A stretch of DNA of 64,000 bases from Octopus sinensis. Taxonomy: Eukaryota. Position numbers and translations under genes: made by a program. The notes beneath the pieces were generated by a model. It ran no database searches. It was not told the origin of the DNA and worked only from the letters and a program-made list of their open reading frames with translations. Every line of letters starts with the position of its first letter. Positions within the stretch are counted from its first letter, which is position 1. Location: the NCBI RefSeq assembly GCF_006345805.1, contig NC_043004.1:97774001-97838000 (forward strand), in the 5' to 3' direction. This document shows, piece by piece, positions 12,764-24,919 of the stretch.

Positions 12764-14040
12764 TTGGGTCATCCCATAAATAATGTTGTATTTTTATACT
12801 TCTTTTATTTTTCAAAATTAAAATAAACAAAGTACTTTTTTAATCTAAAATATACTTTCCTTCATTTTCTACAATGCTCTTCCATCTACCTGGTAGACTT
12901 GCAAGGCCCCTCTTCCAAAATTTATTTGTCCATAATAAAAAATACTCCTCCAGTACTGTTCTGTCCTCGTCTACTAAATTCATATTTTTTTCTGTCCAAA
13001 TGATTTCGAAGACTGCAGAATAAATGCTAATCAGATGGGGCAATGTCTGGTGAATATAGGGGGGGGGGGGCATCGTTTCCCATTCAAACTGCACCAGCCT
13101 TTGGAATATCATCTTTGCTGCATTATCCTGATGGACTTTCGTCTTGATACCAAAGATGGTAGTTTTTCTTCTAGCGCTGACTTAAGCCACTCAAGCTGCT
13201 CACACAGTAGATCTCCTTTGCTATTATTGTTTGGTTTGGGTTTAAAAGTTCAAAGTGGACTAAGCCTTTCATATCCCTCCAAACAGATAACAACACCTTA
13301 TGTAAGTGAAAAATCTTCTTTAGCCTGGGGTGCTGGTATTTCTCCTTTCCCTGCTCACTATTCTCAATATTTGACACTTTTATAGAAAACCCATTTCTCA
13401 TCACCAGTTGCTATTTGGTCCAAAACAGGTTCATTCTTGAGATGAAATGGCAAGGAAGAGCACACATTTACTCTCTGCATGTGATTAGACTCAGAAAGTT
13501 TGTGAGGAACCCATTGATCCAATTTGCCGACTTTCCTGATGACACCCAGGCATTGATGAATGGTTGAATGACCAAATCCAAGCTTCTCTGCTAGTTTCTC
13601 AACAGTTACAATGGGATTTTGTTCCACCAGGGTTTGCAGGACATCCTCATTGAGCTGTACAGATCTTCCAGGATGAGGCTTGTCTTCTAGCCTGTAGTTT
13701 CCAGCTTGGAATTTCTGGAACCACCATTGAAACTGGCTTATGCTCATTGTCCAATAACTATATACTGCATTAATATTCCTCGCACTTTCCGTTTCGTTGT
13801 TGCCTTTATTGAACTCAAATCAAAATATGCTGAATGTGCTCCTTTCTCATTTCCATTATAGCTTTGAAAAACTAATTGTTAAAATCTAACTGCACTCTTC
13901 AAAACTTACATTAAGAATAAGTACAAGGTAAAATTACTGCCTGCTTTTATAGCAAGTTGATGCAGGTAGTTTATCCTGTCCCACTCCAACTTTTAGTTCA
14001 TGCAATTGAAAAAAACCGCACTATTTATGGGATGACACAA
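12764..14040 (-). mobile_element. Full-length decayed mariner (DD34D-type), 1277 bp
   Basis: TIRs TTGGGTCATCCCATAAAT / ATTTATGGGATGACACAA with TA at both ends. Transposase from ATG 13856 (MEMRKEHIQHIL) through WVPHKL, TGDEKW, HQDNA and PYSPDIAPSD, broken by frameshifts. Confidence 0.92.
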
Positions 14041-14063
14041 TATATATATATATATATATATAT

Positions 14064-14333
14064 CATTATCATCATCATCATCATCATCATCATCATCGTT
14101 TACCGTCCGTTGCCCTTCTTGGCATGAGTTGGACAGTTTGACTGGGCTGGCACACTGGCAGTCTGTACCAGACTCCAGTCTGATTTGGTGTGGTTGTCCA
14201 CGGCTGGATGTCCTTCCTAATGCCAACTACTCTGAGAGTGTAATGGGTGCTTTTACATGCCACCCGCACGGATGCCATTTGCGTAATGCTAGGGGTGTGT
14301 TTACGTTCACCGGCATGGGTGCCAATTTGCGTG
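14064..14333 (-). mobile_element. RTE LINE 3' UTR fragment, variant subfamily
   Basis: (CAT)n tail then CCGTTGCCCTTCTTGGCATG variant. Confidence 0.8.
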
Positions 14334-14975
14334 ACAACTTTTAATTCAGGCAATCGAAAAAACTGCGTTATCTATGGGATGACCCAATAAAAACAGTGTA
14401 AGAAAAAAGCAGAAATAACTAAGATGGTGCACTTCTAGACATTTTGACTTATGTATGAAGAAATCAATAGAGATGAAATTATCAATAAGGTTGCATAATA
14501 TTAGATTTGTTACTTGATAGTCAAGAGTTCAAATCTCATTGAAACTTGTGTTCTGTAGTGAAAAATTTTATTTCCCACTGTCTACTAAAGAAATAGGAAT
14601 GCATCAAGTGTAGGTACAAGATCCACTAATACTCTTTCTTCATGATAAACTGTTGTCTCCGGCAAGAAAAGATTTTTTTCTATGCAAGACATCCTGGGTA
14701 GAAATCTCATATAATGCTAAGCTAAGATTCATTTCTAAATCATAAAGGTTTTGAAAGTCTTTTGCAAGAAAATATGATGATGATATATAAATTGTAATAA
14801 TATGATAGAATATAATATATATATGTAAAGAGAGAGAGAGGGCAAGGATTCTAAAAAACCTCACTTGATCTGGATGCCTTTTAAATTCAAAAAGTAAGAT
14901 TTGTAGCCTGTACCCTCATAAGAAATAGGTTTCCCCACTTACTGACTAGTGGACATAAAATGCACATAAACTGAC

Positions 14976-14996
14976 CTGTTTAGGACATGACTGGAA
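14976..14996 (-). CDS. Candidate 21-nt microexon (alternative donor gives 54 nt)
   Basis: Minus strand: tttcttccctttgaacag|TTCCAGTCATGTCCTAAACAG|gtcagt; second donor TCA|gtaagt at 14943. Confidence 0.25.
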
Positions 14997-15519
14997 CTGT
15001 TCAAAGGGAAGAAACTCCAATTCTCCAATAATGTATTTTGCTTTGGAAAAAATTTCCTTTCAGGTTTTTTTCAGCACCAAGCTAACCAAGACTTTATTTT
15101 TACCACCATTAATAAAGAGATTATATGCCTTTGGTCAGCAGCTTCGATGTGTCCCCCAAAATAAGGCAAAACTAGGCACAAAGCTAAAGGTAACATTATG
15201 ACTGACCATAACCAACTACTACATAATATATATACATATATATACACATACACATACACACATATGCACACACACACACACACACACATATAATGGCTTT
15301 CTTTCAGTTTCCTTATATCTAATCCCTTCACAAGACTTTTGGTCAATCTGGGCCTATAGAAAAAGACATTTGCTTACGATGCCTCACAGCGGGACTGAAA
15401 CAATGTCCATTAGATTGGGAAGCAAGCTTCATAAGTTCCTTTCGAGCATTGGACCTCATGGAGGCAAAGTGGCTGAATTCATTTCAATTGTTGGGTCTCA
15501 TGGAGGCAATGATCAAGAC

Positions 15520-15800
15520 CTTTGGCATTATGTCATGCTTGAGAAGAAGACCTATCAAGCCAAGTAAAATTGCAATCATAGCAGATGCTGGTGTCACACA
15601 AATTGACACGTAAACACACCCTGGTGTCATGCAAATGGCACCCATGTACTCATTACACTCTCTGGGTGGTTGGTGTTATGAAGGGTATACAGCCATAGAA
15701 AACCATCCCAAATCAGACTGGAGCCTGGCACAGCCTTCCAGCATGCCAACCCAATGAAAATGTCCAACCCATGCCAGCATGAACAAGGAAGGTTAAATGA
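15520..15800 (+). mobile_element. RTE LINE 3' UTR fragment, old
   Basis: Degenerate UTR motifs. Confidence 0.65.
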
Positions 15801-15830
15801 AAAAATAAAAATAAAATTACTTCAACAGTA

Positions 15831-16248
15831 GACGCAGGAGTGGTTGTGTGGTAAGTAGCTTGCTTACCAACCACATGGTTCCGGGTTCAGTCCCACTGCA
15901 TGACACCTTGGGCAAGTGTCTTCTACTATAGCCTCAGGCCAATCAAAGTCTTGTGAGTAGATTTGGTAGACCGAAACTGGAAGAAGCCTGTCATATATAT
16001 GTATATATGAATATATATGTGTGTGTGTATGTTTGTGTGTCTGTGTTTGTCTCCCCAACATCGCTTGACAACTGATGCTGGTGTGTTTATGTCCCCGTAA
16101 CTTAGCAGTTTGGCAAAAGAGATCGATAGAATAAGTACTACGCTTACAAAGAATAAGTCCTGAGGGCGATTTGCTTGACTAAAGGTGGTGCTCCAGCATG
16201 GCCACTGTCAAATGACTGAAACAAGTAAAGGAGAAAAAGAGTAGAGAG
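15831..16248 (+). mobile_element. SINE family A, full length
   Basis: Head, core, microsatellite and GAAACAAGTAAAG tail. Confidence 0.9.
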
Positions 16249-17956
16249 TATTACTTGTTTGACAAGTCAGTGATCTGAGATATTGTGTTGGGGCTGAAAC
16301 AGTTAAATCATGGAAGAGATGGCTAAAATAGCTCTTTCACACTATACTTGTATTGTTATACTGTTACAGCTGTTAGGAAACATTTCATGTATACCATCCT
16401 ATTCCCTAGTCATGTTTTAATAATGACTTATTAAAACATTCCATGTATTTGCTAATTGTTTTAGGTGTCATTGTAATCAAGAACAGGCTTTGTCTTAGTC
16501 ATCTTACTCTTGGCCCAGCACAGCCTCCAGGATGTGACAATTTGGGAGAGAAAGAGCTGAACCACCACTAGGACTGGTGTGTGAGAAAGGAGGTACCTTG
16601 CTTAAGAACACACTGCTCAGTCCAAGAATTGAACTAAGAACTTAATGATCCTGCATGAAGTTCCTTAACTACTAAGCCAAACCATCTTAAATAAATGTCC
16701 ACATACTTTTTGGACCCTGTTACAGTTTGATAAAACAAGAAAAGAAGAGTATGGTCATGGTAGGAATGCTTTTGTTATGTTTGTTTCACCAGGCCTGACC
16801 TGGGGCTAAACAACAACAACAACAGCAGCAGTAAGAGCAGCAGCAGCAGTACCACCACCACCACCACCACCACCGCTGCCGACGATGACAACAACAACAA
16901 CAGCAAATACATGGATGTCACACTTTCCTATTTCCACCTCTTCATAAATAAAGGTTATTTTTCATGGAAAAAATCTATATTATAAAATTGATATTAAAAA
17001 CATCCATAAAAAGAATCTATAAAAATCTATATTATTGTATCTTATGTTATAAAAGTACATAAAAATGTTTCAGGATGGCTGCTTCCTCACAGGCAGAAGA
17101 TAAAAGGAAAACAACAATAGCGATGGTTTCTAACATTGTTGCAATGTCAGAAATTTGTAGGGAAACATTGTAGAACAGTTAATTACTGGTAGCAACCTCA
17201 AATTTTATTAACTCAACGAGGAAAGGAAAATGAAAATGAAAACCACAGGTAGAATTCGAAATGAAACATTATAGGACATTTTAACCTAGCACTTTACCAC
17301 TTCTGCTAGTCTATGGCCCTTAAGGCGAAAACAAATAACTATAAGAACAACAATAACAGAAATAAATAAAAAAATTTAAAAAATAGGAATAAAAAGTTTT
17401 AAAATAAATTTAGGAGGAATTAACTATAACTACATTGCAAGGTATACAAAAAAAGTAAGAAGAAAAATAGGAATAACAAGAACTACTGCCGGCTCCAACA
17501 CAACCCTATCAGCAACAACAGCAGCAGCTACAAGAATAATCACTATAAAAGGACCACCATGTCAAGAGCATTGAAGATTTAATTTCAAGCTAGCTTGATT
17601 GTCTGCCTCAAGTTGACAACCAAAGTAGAAATATAGAAGAGTTTACAACACCCTGACTTCTTAATTACAAATCTTGCCTTTTATTGATTTAAATTCATAC
17701 ACAAAATTGCCATAGTTTTTGTTTAATTTTCTTCATGTTTGCATGGGTTGTGTGCGTGTATGTATGCTTATGCGGCAGGGTTGTAGCATTGTTGTTGCAG
17801 TTGCCATTGAGCCATGAATTTTCTGCTTCATTGTTCAGTATTGTGCATGTAAATATGCACACATCTTTCTCCTGTCCCCACTAAATCTCTCTAGCTTCTG
17901 TGTTGTGTACGAAACAATTATTCTTATTCATTTTCTTATTGCTGTTAAAAATATTG

Positions 17957-18110
17957 GCGAGCTGGTAGAATCATTACCATGCCAGACAAAATAGCTTAGC
18001 AGCATTTTGCCTTCATATTTTGAGCTCAAATTCTGCTGAGGTTGACTTTGTCTTTCATTCTTTCGGGGTTGATGGACTAATTACCAGTTACACACTGGAG
18101 TTTGTGTAAT
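17957..18110 (+). mobile_element. SINE family B variant, diverged
   Basis: GGCGAGCTGGTAGAATC head. Confidence 0.7.
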
Positions 18111-18395
18111 TGAAAGGTGAGAGTATGTTGAGGGTCAGAGTAGATATGGAGAGAGTACAGGGAAAGAAAGAGAGCAAGGATAGGTGAGCAGTGAGTGAAT
18201 GTACTGAGAGAAGTGATAAAAAGATAGGACAGAAGGTACCATGGAAAAAAAGGTGAGGATAGAGCAGTTGATGAATGCAGCCTGATCACCTCATCTGCCA
18301 TCATTCTCTTTTCTATCACTCTCTCTAATATGCTTGGGTATTCCTAGAGAAGATACTCTCAAAGACATTTGCTTTATGAAATAATTCTCAGTATA

Positions 18396-18583
18396 TCATC
18401 ATCATCATCATCATCATCATTTAGCATCCGCTTTCCATGCTAGCATGGGTTGGACGGTTCAACTGGGGTCTGTGAAGCCAGAAGGCTGCATCAGGCCCAG
18501 TCTGATCTGGCAGTGTTTCTACGGCTGGATGCCCTTCCTAATGCCAACCACTCCATGAGTGTAGTGGGTGCTTTTTACGTGCC
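18396..18583 (-). mobile_element. RTE LINE 3' UTR fragment
   Basis: (CAT)n tail plus UTR. Confidence 0.85.
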
Positions 18584-18819
18584 AAAGATTATTAATAAAT
18601 ATACCATATTTTTTCACATTTGCAAATTCTTTATTGGCTTGTTCTAGAGCAACCCTTCTAGAAATCACTTCTGATTTGTAACTGATTCATAAGCACACAT
18701 TCAATATTTATTTTCAGCCATTTCTATACATTATATAAAGAGCCGTACATGATTATATAAAGAGCCGTACATGATTTATAAAGTATTTTTTGCATCATTT
18801 CTTCTCATGAATTCTTCAG

Positions 18820-18887
18820 TTACATGGTGATGTGTTGTTGACTGATAGAATCAATAGTGTTGTTTGGAGACTTGGAATGGCTGGTAG
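18820..18887 (+). CDS. Candidate internal exon, phase 0 to 2 (LHGDVLLTDRINSVVWRLGMAG-R)
   Basis: tttcttctcatgaattcttcag acceptor, AG|gtaatt donor, open frame joining 19438 in phase. Product not recognised. Confidence 0.4.
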
Positions 18888-19437
18888 GTAATTTATTTCT
18901 ATGTAATTAGATTTCAGTTTTGAGAGTCTCTCTGTTTTAGTTAATTAATAGCTAAAAGCTTTATATGTTTCATTTTTATTGAGTATTATTGCTAATTTGT
19001 TAGAATAACAAATAATTTTCAGTAAAACTGAAAAATGTTTATTTCTATGTATCTTATGAATATGTGATATACATACATAAATGTATACATGTCTGTGCAT
19101 ATGCTTATGTGCAAAACACTCTGCCTCTTCTCCTCTTAACTTTTCACCATAGAACTACATTCCCACCCATCTCCCTCTTTCTGTTTCGCTCCCTCTTTTC
19201 CACCACCTTCCTTTTGTTTTTCTGATGAAGGATTAATGTCTAAAAAGACATTTTCCTTTCTCTTTTCAAACATGAAATTAATAACTAATATATTTGCACA
19301 TGCATGTATATTTCAGAAGTTTTGAAACACTTTGTAGTTATGTTGGACAATTATAATTGTGCAACATTATTGTAATTTTAGTATATCAAAACTATATATT
19401 TGATAAGCTGACCTGCTAACATTTTTTTAAATTTCAG

Positions 19438-19498
19438 ATTGAATGAAGCACCTGTAGTAGCTTTCTGGACACACCTTACAAAGCATTGCTTGTCACAG
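19438..19498 (+). CDS. Candidate internal exon, phase 2 to 0 (LNEAPVVAFWTHLTKHCLSQ)
   Basis: CTAAC branch point at 19416-19420, tttttttaaatttcag acceptor, CAG|gtaact donor; only one frame is open. Confidence 0.45.
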
Positions 19499-19609
19499 GT
19501 AACTAGATTGCAGAATGCATTTTGGACATAAAGACAACTTAGACGCACACTATGCAATAAAATTTTGTGTTAAACTGAGGGGAAATGCTACAGAAATTCT
19601 TTAAATGCT

Positions 19610-20020
19610 TTACTCTTTTACTCTTTTACTCTTTTACTCTTTTGCTTGTTTCAGTCATTTGACTGCAGCCATGCTGGAGCACCACCTTTAGTCGATCAAA
19701 TTGACCCCGGGACTTATTCTTTGTAAGCCCAGTACTTATTCTATCAGTCTCTTGCTGAACCGCTAAGTGACGGGGACGTAAACACGCCAGCATCGGTTGT
19801 CAAGCAATGCTAGGGGGACAAACACAGACACACAAACACGCACACACATATATATATATACATATATACGACAAGCTTCTTTCAGTTTCCGTCTACCAAA
19901 TCCATTCACAAAGCTTTGGTCGGCCCGGAGCTATAGCAGAAGACACTTGCCCAAGTTGCCACGCAGTGGGACTGAACCCGCAACCATGTGGTTGGTTAGC
20001 AAGCTACTTACCACACAGCC
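19610..20020 (-). mobile_element. SINE family A, near full length
   Basis: (TTTACTCT)n tail, body, head. Confidence 0.9.
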
Positions 20021-20029
20021 GAGTGTCTG

Positions 20030-20561
20030 TTTATCGCTGGCAGAAGAGGCTAGGCAAAGCAAATCCACTGGGAACCTCATAATGACTCCCTTTATCAACT
20101 GCATGAGTATCATCTGCATCAACTTCATTCCTTCTAGCAAGATGCTCAACAAAGAATACTTCGTAGAGGTTTTAGTGGAGTCCAGAAAGAAATTTTGTCA
20201 CAAAAGGGTTGAACACCTGCACTAAAACAAAACACCAGTCCATAATTCCACCCTGGTAAGCAGCTACTGGACAGTGACGGGCATTAAAACTGTTCTTCAG
20301 TCTCTCCACAATACAGACCTTGCTCCCTATGAGTTTTGGCTGTTCCACAAGTTGAAAGACACGAAAGGGATTGTAAGAAGGGTCCTGGACAGTTTCTTTT
20401 TGAATGGTTTTCATGGAGCCTTCATGAAGTGGCTGGGATGCAACAACAACTACATTGGAGTCAGAAGATTCTATTTTGAAAGAAATTAGAATTTTGTATT
20501 CTTTGATTTGAATAAATGTTTCTCCTAAAAAAAAGTCTCAAAACTTCTTGAACGTACCTTA
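20030..20561 (+). mobile_element. Mariner transposase 3' relic (second family) with one TIR
   Basis: ARQSKS.G.LIM, DLAPYEFWLFHKLK (YSPDLAPxDF-like); terminal AAACTTCTTGAACGTACCT. Confidence 0.75.
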
Positions 20562-21180
20562 CATGTATGTATATGCATTTATATGAGTGCCTATGTTTAT
20601 ATCTACATCGATCAGAAAACAGATGTTCGTATATTGCAACTTCTCATGTTCTGTGACTTTCAGTCTTACAAATATTGATGGATAAAATAAATGCTGGACT
20701 GAAATAAGAACTGTGGTTGATTTGATTTCCTTAAACCTTCATAGTAGTTGTATAGCGACTACTATGCATGTGAAATTGATAGAAGCAAATATATATGATC
20801 AGATTCCTTTTATATACGTCTGTGCAAGAGAAGCTTGATATTTGAGGCCAAACCCATGTCCGTTTAATTTCTTCTTTATATTTAAGACATTAGAAAGTAA
20901 TAAGTTAAAGATTTTACGGATAGCTTTAGCTGGACGTTTTACTATACATACATACATACATACATACATACATGCATACAATAAAATGTAAGCACAACGG
21001 ACCTGATATGATGATTTGGGATAGAGAAGAGAAACTGTGCACAGTTGTGGAAATTAGCTGCCCAGCGAATGTTAAGATAAAGCTGGAGATCAATGAAAAA
21101 GAGATGCTGAACTATTGAGAAATCTGCAGATACTCTATTCAGATTACAAGTTCAGGTTTATACCTATAATTATTGGGTTC

Positions 21181-21334
21181 TCTGACATGTCATGTAATGT
21201 TATGGGTTGGGTCTGGCTCTCTGGCTAATCTGACATGTCATGTAATGTTATGCGTTGTTTGTGCCCCTCTGGCTAATCTGACATGTCGTGTAATGTTATG
21301 TGTTGGGTCTGCCCCTCTGTCTAATCTGACATGT
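21181..21334. repeat. 48-bp minisatellite, about 3.2 copies
   Basis: TCTGACATGTCATGTAATGTTATG... starts at 21181, 21229, 21277 and 21325. Confidence 0.9.
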
Positions 21335-21462
21335 CTAGTTCCCCTAGAAAAAAAATTTATTTGCTCTGTTTGGCCTGGTATCAAGTTGCTACAAGGCCCA
21401 GTATTGGTTTACAGCCCAGTGGTCAGGAACCACTGTTGTACTGTATATATATATATATATAT

Positions 21463-22342
21463 ATCATCATCATCATCATCATCATCGTTTAGCGTCCGTT
21501 TTCCATGCTAGCATGGGTTGGACGGTTCTACTGGGGTCTGTGAAGCCAGAAGGCTTCATCAGGCCCAGTCAAATCTGGCAGTGTTTCTACGGCTGGATGC
21601 CCTTCCTAACGCCAACCACTCCGTGAGTGTAGTGGGTGCTTTTTACGTGCCACCCCACTGGTGCCAGACAGAGCTGGCAAACGGCCACGAACGGATGGTG
21701 CTTTTTATGTGCCACCGGCACGAGGGCCAGGCGAGGCTGGCAACGGACACGAAACGGGGCGGTGCTGGCAACGGTCGCGAAACGGAAAGTTCTCTTACAT
21801 GCCACCGGCACTGGTAAACATCTGCAATTTCCATTGATCGATTTCCATTCTGAATCATCACTTGCCTCAACGGGTCTTCACAAGCAGAGTTTTGACATGC
21901 CACCGGCACTGGTAGCACATCCGCAATTTCCATTGATCGATTTCGATTCTGATCCTCACTTGCCTCATCACGTCTTCACAAGTAGAGTTTTGTGTCCCAA
22001 GAAGGGAAGGTATGCATACGTAGGCTGGCTCCATCCCATGTAGAAGGCCACGGGTTATGGACTCACTTGTCCTGCCGGGTCTTCTCGCGCACAGCACACT
22101 TCCAGAGGTCTCGGTCTCTAGTCATTTCCTCAGTGAGACCTAAAGTTCGAAGGTCGTGCTTCACCACCTCGTCCCAGGTTTTCCTGGGTCTGCCTCTTCC
22201 ACAGGTTCCCTCAACCGCTAGGGTGTGGCACTTTTTCACACAACTATCTTCATCCATTCTCGCCACATGACCATACCAGCGCAAACGTCTCTCTTGCACA
22301 CCACAACTGATGCTTCTTAGGTCCAGCTTTTCTCTTGCTGGA
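21463..22342 (-). mobile_element. 5'-truncated RTE LINE (ORF C-terminus, 3' UTR, (GAT)n tail)
   Basis: ORF 22063-22340: QERRLRWYGHVARM...EGTCGRGRPRKTW...DRDLWK, the typical RTE C-terminus, contiguous with the UTR family. Confidence 0.92.
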
Positions 22343-23866
22343 GAAATATAATATAATATATATATATATATAATAGATATATATATTGGACACTCCATAT
22401 GTATATAAGTGTGTGTGTATATTTATTTATTCATACACGCACACACATATTTATATAGGTATCTATTTATACACACAAATAAACACACACACGTACTCAC
22501 AAACGCATATACATACACACACATATATATGTTTAGGCATATATTTATGTATATGAGTCAACTGGTTTATTTTCCATATGACCTGTACATCAATGTGAAC
22601 AATAACTGAATCAAAGATTCAAAGATTTGCCATTCAACTCATAAGCAATCAGCATCTTGAAATGTCTGAAGACATTGCCTGAAAGCATTGTATACTGCGG
22701 AGCCAAACCTAATTGATTAATTGATCAATAAGTATTTCAAGAAATCTCCGTTCATTTTATTTTATTTATTGTGTTTAGTTAATTCTTTTGTTAATATGAC
22801 CCGCCATATATGCTACTAATACTTGATTTTCAGTATTCATGACGTGACGTATTTGATGCTTTAACCATGGGACATTATGGAACTTAAACCCTTGAAATAT
22901 CATAATTTCTGTTTTGTTTGTTCTTAGTCTTTTGTTGTTTCCTTTCTTCTTTTCTGATTTTCAAGAAAACATTCTTTGTAATATTTATCTGGATGATTTT
23001 TTTCTTAACTTTTAATATACATTTTTTTTTTCATTTTTATTTATTTTTTGATATATTTGTTCTCCTTTCCTTTCAAGTATCTATTCAATATGAAGAAATG
23101 TCAAAAGCTGTATATTTTATCTCCACAAACTCTACCAATGTGTGTGATCTATGCTTATATGTATGTCTACTGATATGTGTATATACATAGATACATACAT
23201 ACATACAAACATACATATATATATATATAACCACATGTACATTTACATGTATATCTATATGCATTGAGATGTGTGTAGCCATTCATATAAATACACACAC
23301 ACATACACAAACATGAAAAATATTGAGAAAAGTTCTAAAATGCATCACATTTTTATATTCATATATATATATATTTTTGTTTAATTAAACAAATTTAACT
23401 TTTCAAGTAGTAAATAGTTGTTTTCTATGTCTATATGAAAATACCTTTTCACATGAAAAACTTTCGTGTTATAGTTTAACTGAAATGATATTGGCGTATG
23501 TATTCATAAGGCAAGTTTGATATTTTTAACAAAACTAAAAATGAATGAAGGAAAAGAAAAAAGAGAAACTCCACGTTAGATTAAGTCTTTTGTATCAAAA
23601 AAGGTTTTAATGTATACATTTTTGTGAATATTCTGGCTAAAAGTTTTGAAGTAGATCAAAATCATATTTAACTAGCCAGAAACTGGTTTATACTTAACAA
23701 AGTTTTGGGTAGTATTTCCATATGTAAAAACAATGTGTAGATTATATAAATAAGTAGCCATGTCACTTATGACATTTTGAAAACAATGGACGTAAATTTG
23801 ATTTGTGTTTTATGTCACCTTTGACCAAAAGAGATGTATTTCTGATCCTATAATGGAAGCGATTCG

Positions 23867-24060
23867 GATCTTTTCAGTTTGAACAGCAGTTTTTAACATA
23901 ATTTCTAGGTAACTAAAAAAATTTAAACTTCGTATACTGGTAGAATGTGTTTATAAAACATCTTTTTCTCTTGGCTTTATTGAGAAAATTCTGTAGTTTG
24001 TAAGATATTTGTTGTTTATTTTTCTTCAATTCCTGCAATTTCAACCAATCAATGACGTCT
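23867..24060. mobile_element. Unclassified dispersed repeat
   Basis: GGATCTTTTC...AAACTTCGTATACTGGTAGAATGTG recurs at about 43968-44160. Confidence 0.6.
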
Positions 24061-24080
24061 ATTGAGGTAAAAAGCATTCT

Positions 24081-24248
24081 GTGCCATATGAATATGTCCC
24101 TCGTTTAAGAAACAGATTGGGTTTATTTACATTTGTGAAAAAAAAAAAGATACCCTTCCTCCCACCCCTAACCCTAACCCTAAAACAGATTGAAATGCAA
24201 TAGATTGATACTAGGGTCATAATTATGGGTGACAATTTCATATGACAC
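24081..24248. mobile_element. Element with subterminal IRs and (CCCTAA)3, Helentron/HINE-like
   Basis: GTGCCATATGAATATGTC (24081-24098) is inverted to GACAATTTCATATGACAC (24231-24248); (CCCTAA)3 at 24166-24183. Confidence 0.5.
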
Positions 24249-24602
24249 TGCTAGAAAAAACTGTCATTCAAACCGAAAAGATCCAGTGATTCTTGTTCCC
24301 AGAAAATGCCTTCCCAGTTACTTGAGTGAGGTTTATGTAACTGTTATTGTGTTGGTATCATTGCTTTTTTTTCAGTATCCATTCAAATTTAGTGTGATGA
24401 TGTGGTTGACCTAGCATAGGCTTGTAATTACATTTAAGTTCACATACATATATATATGTATTCTGTAAAAGTTATCTGTTCTATATTTGAAGTGGGAAAT
24501 ATAATTCAGTTCTTTGTCAGTCAAAGAAATTTGGTACAGGTGCTGTTGTACAGTAATTTCTGCACATTTATATTACTTGTTTTCCTCATAGAAAATATTC
24601 TT

Positions 24603-24908
24603 CTTCTAGGAACCACTGTTGACACTGGCGTTCATTTATTTTTCAATCTCCATATGCTGCATTAATGTTTCTCGCACTTCCCATTGTGTTGTTGCCTTTA
24701 TTGAACGCATAAAGCAAAATATGCCGAATATACTCCTTTGTCACTTCCATTATAGCTTTGAAAAATAACAGTTAAAATCGAACTGCACTCTTCAAAACTT
24801 ACACTAAGAATAAGTAAAAGGTAAAATTGATACCTGCTTTTATAGCAAGTTGATGCAGGTTGTTTATCCCATCCCCTTCAACTTTTAGTTCATGCAATGA
24901 CACAATAT
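24603..24908 (-). mobile_element. 5' fragment of the 12.76-kb mariner family
   Basis: MEVTKEYIRHILLYAFNKGNN...RQCQQWF; upstream matches 13755-14040, with a deletion in the TIR. Confidence 0.85.
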
Positions 24909-24919
24909 ATCTTTATATA

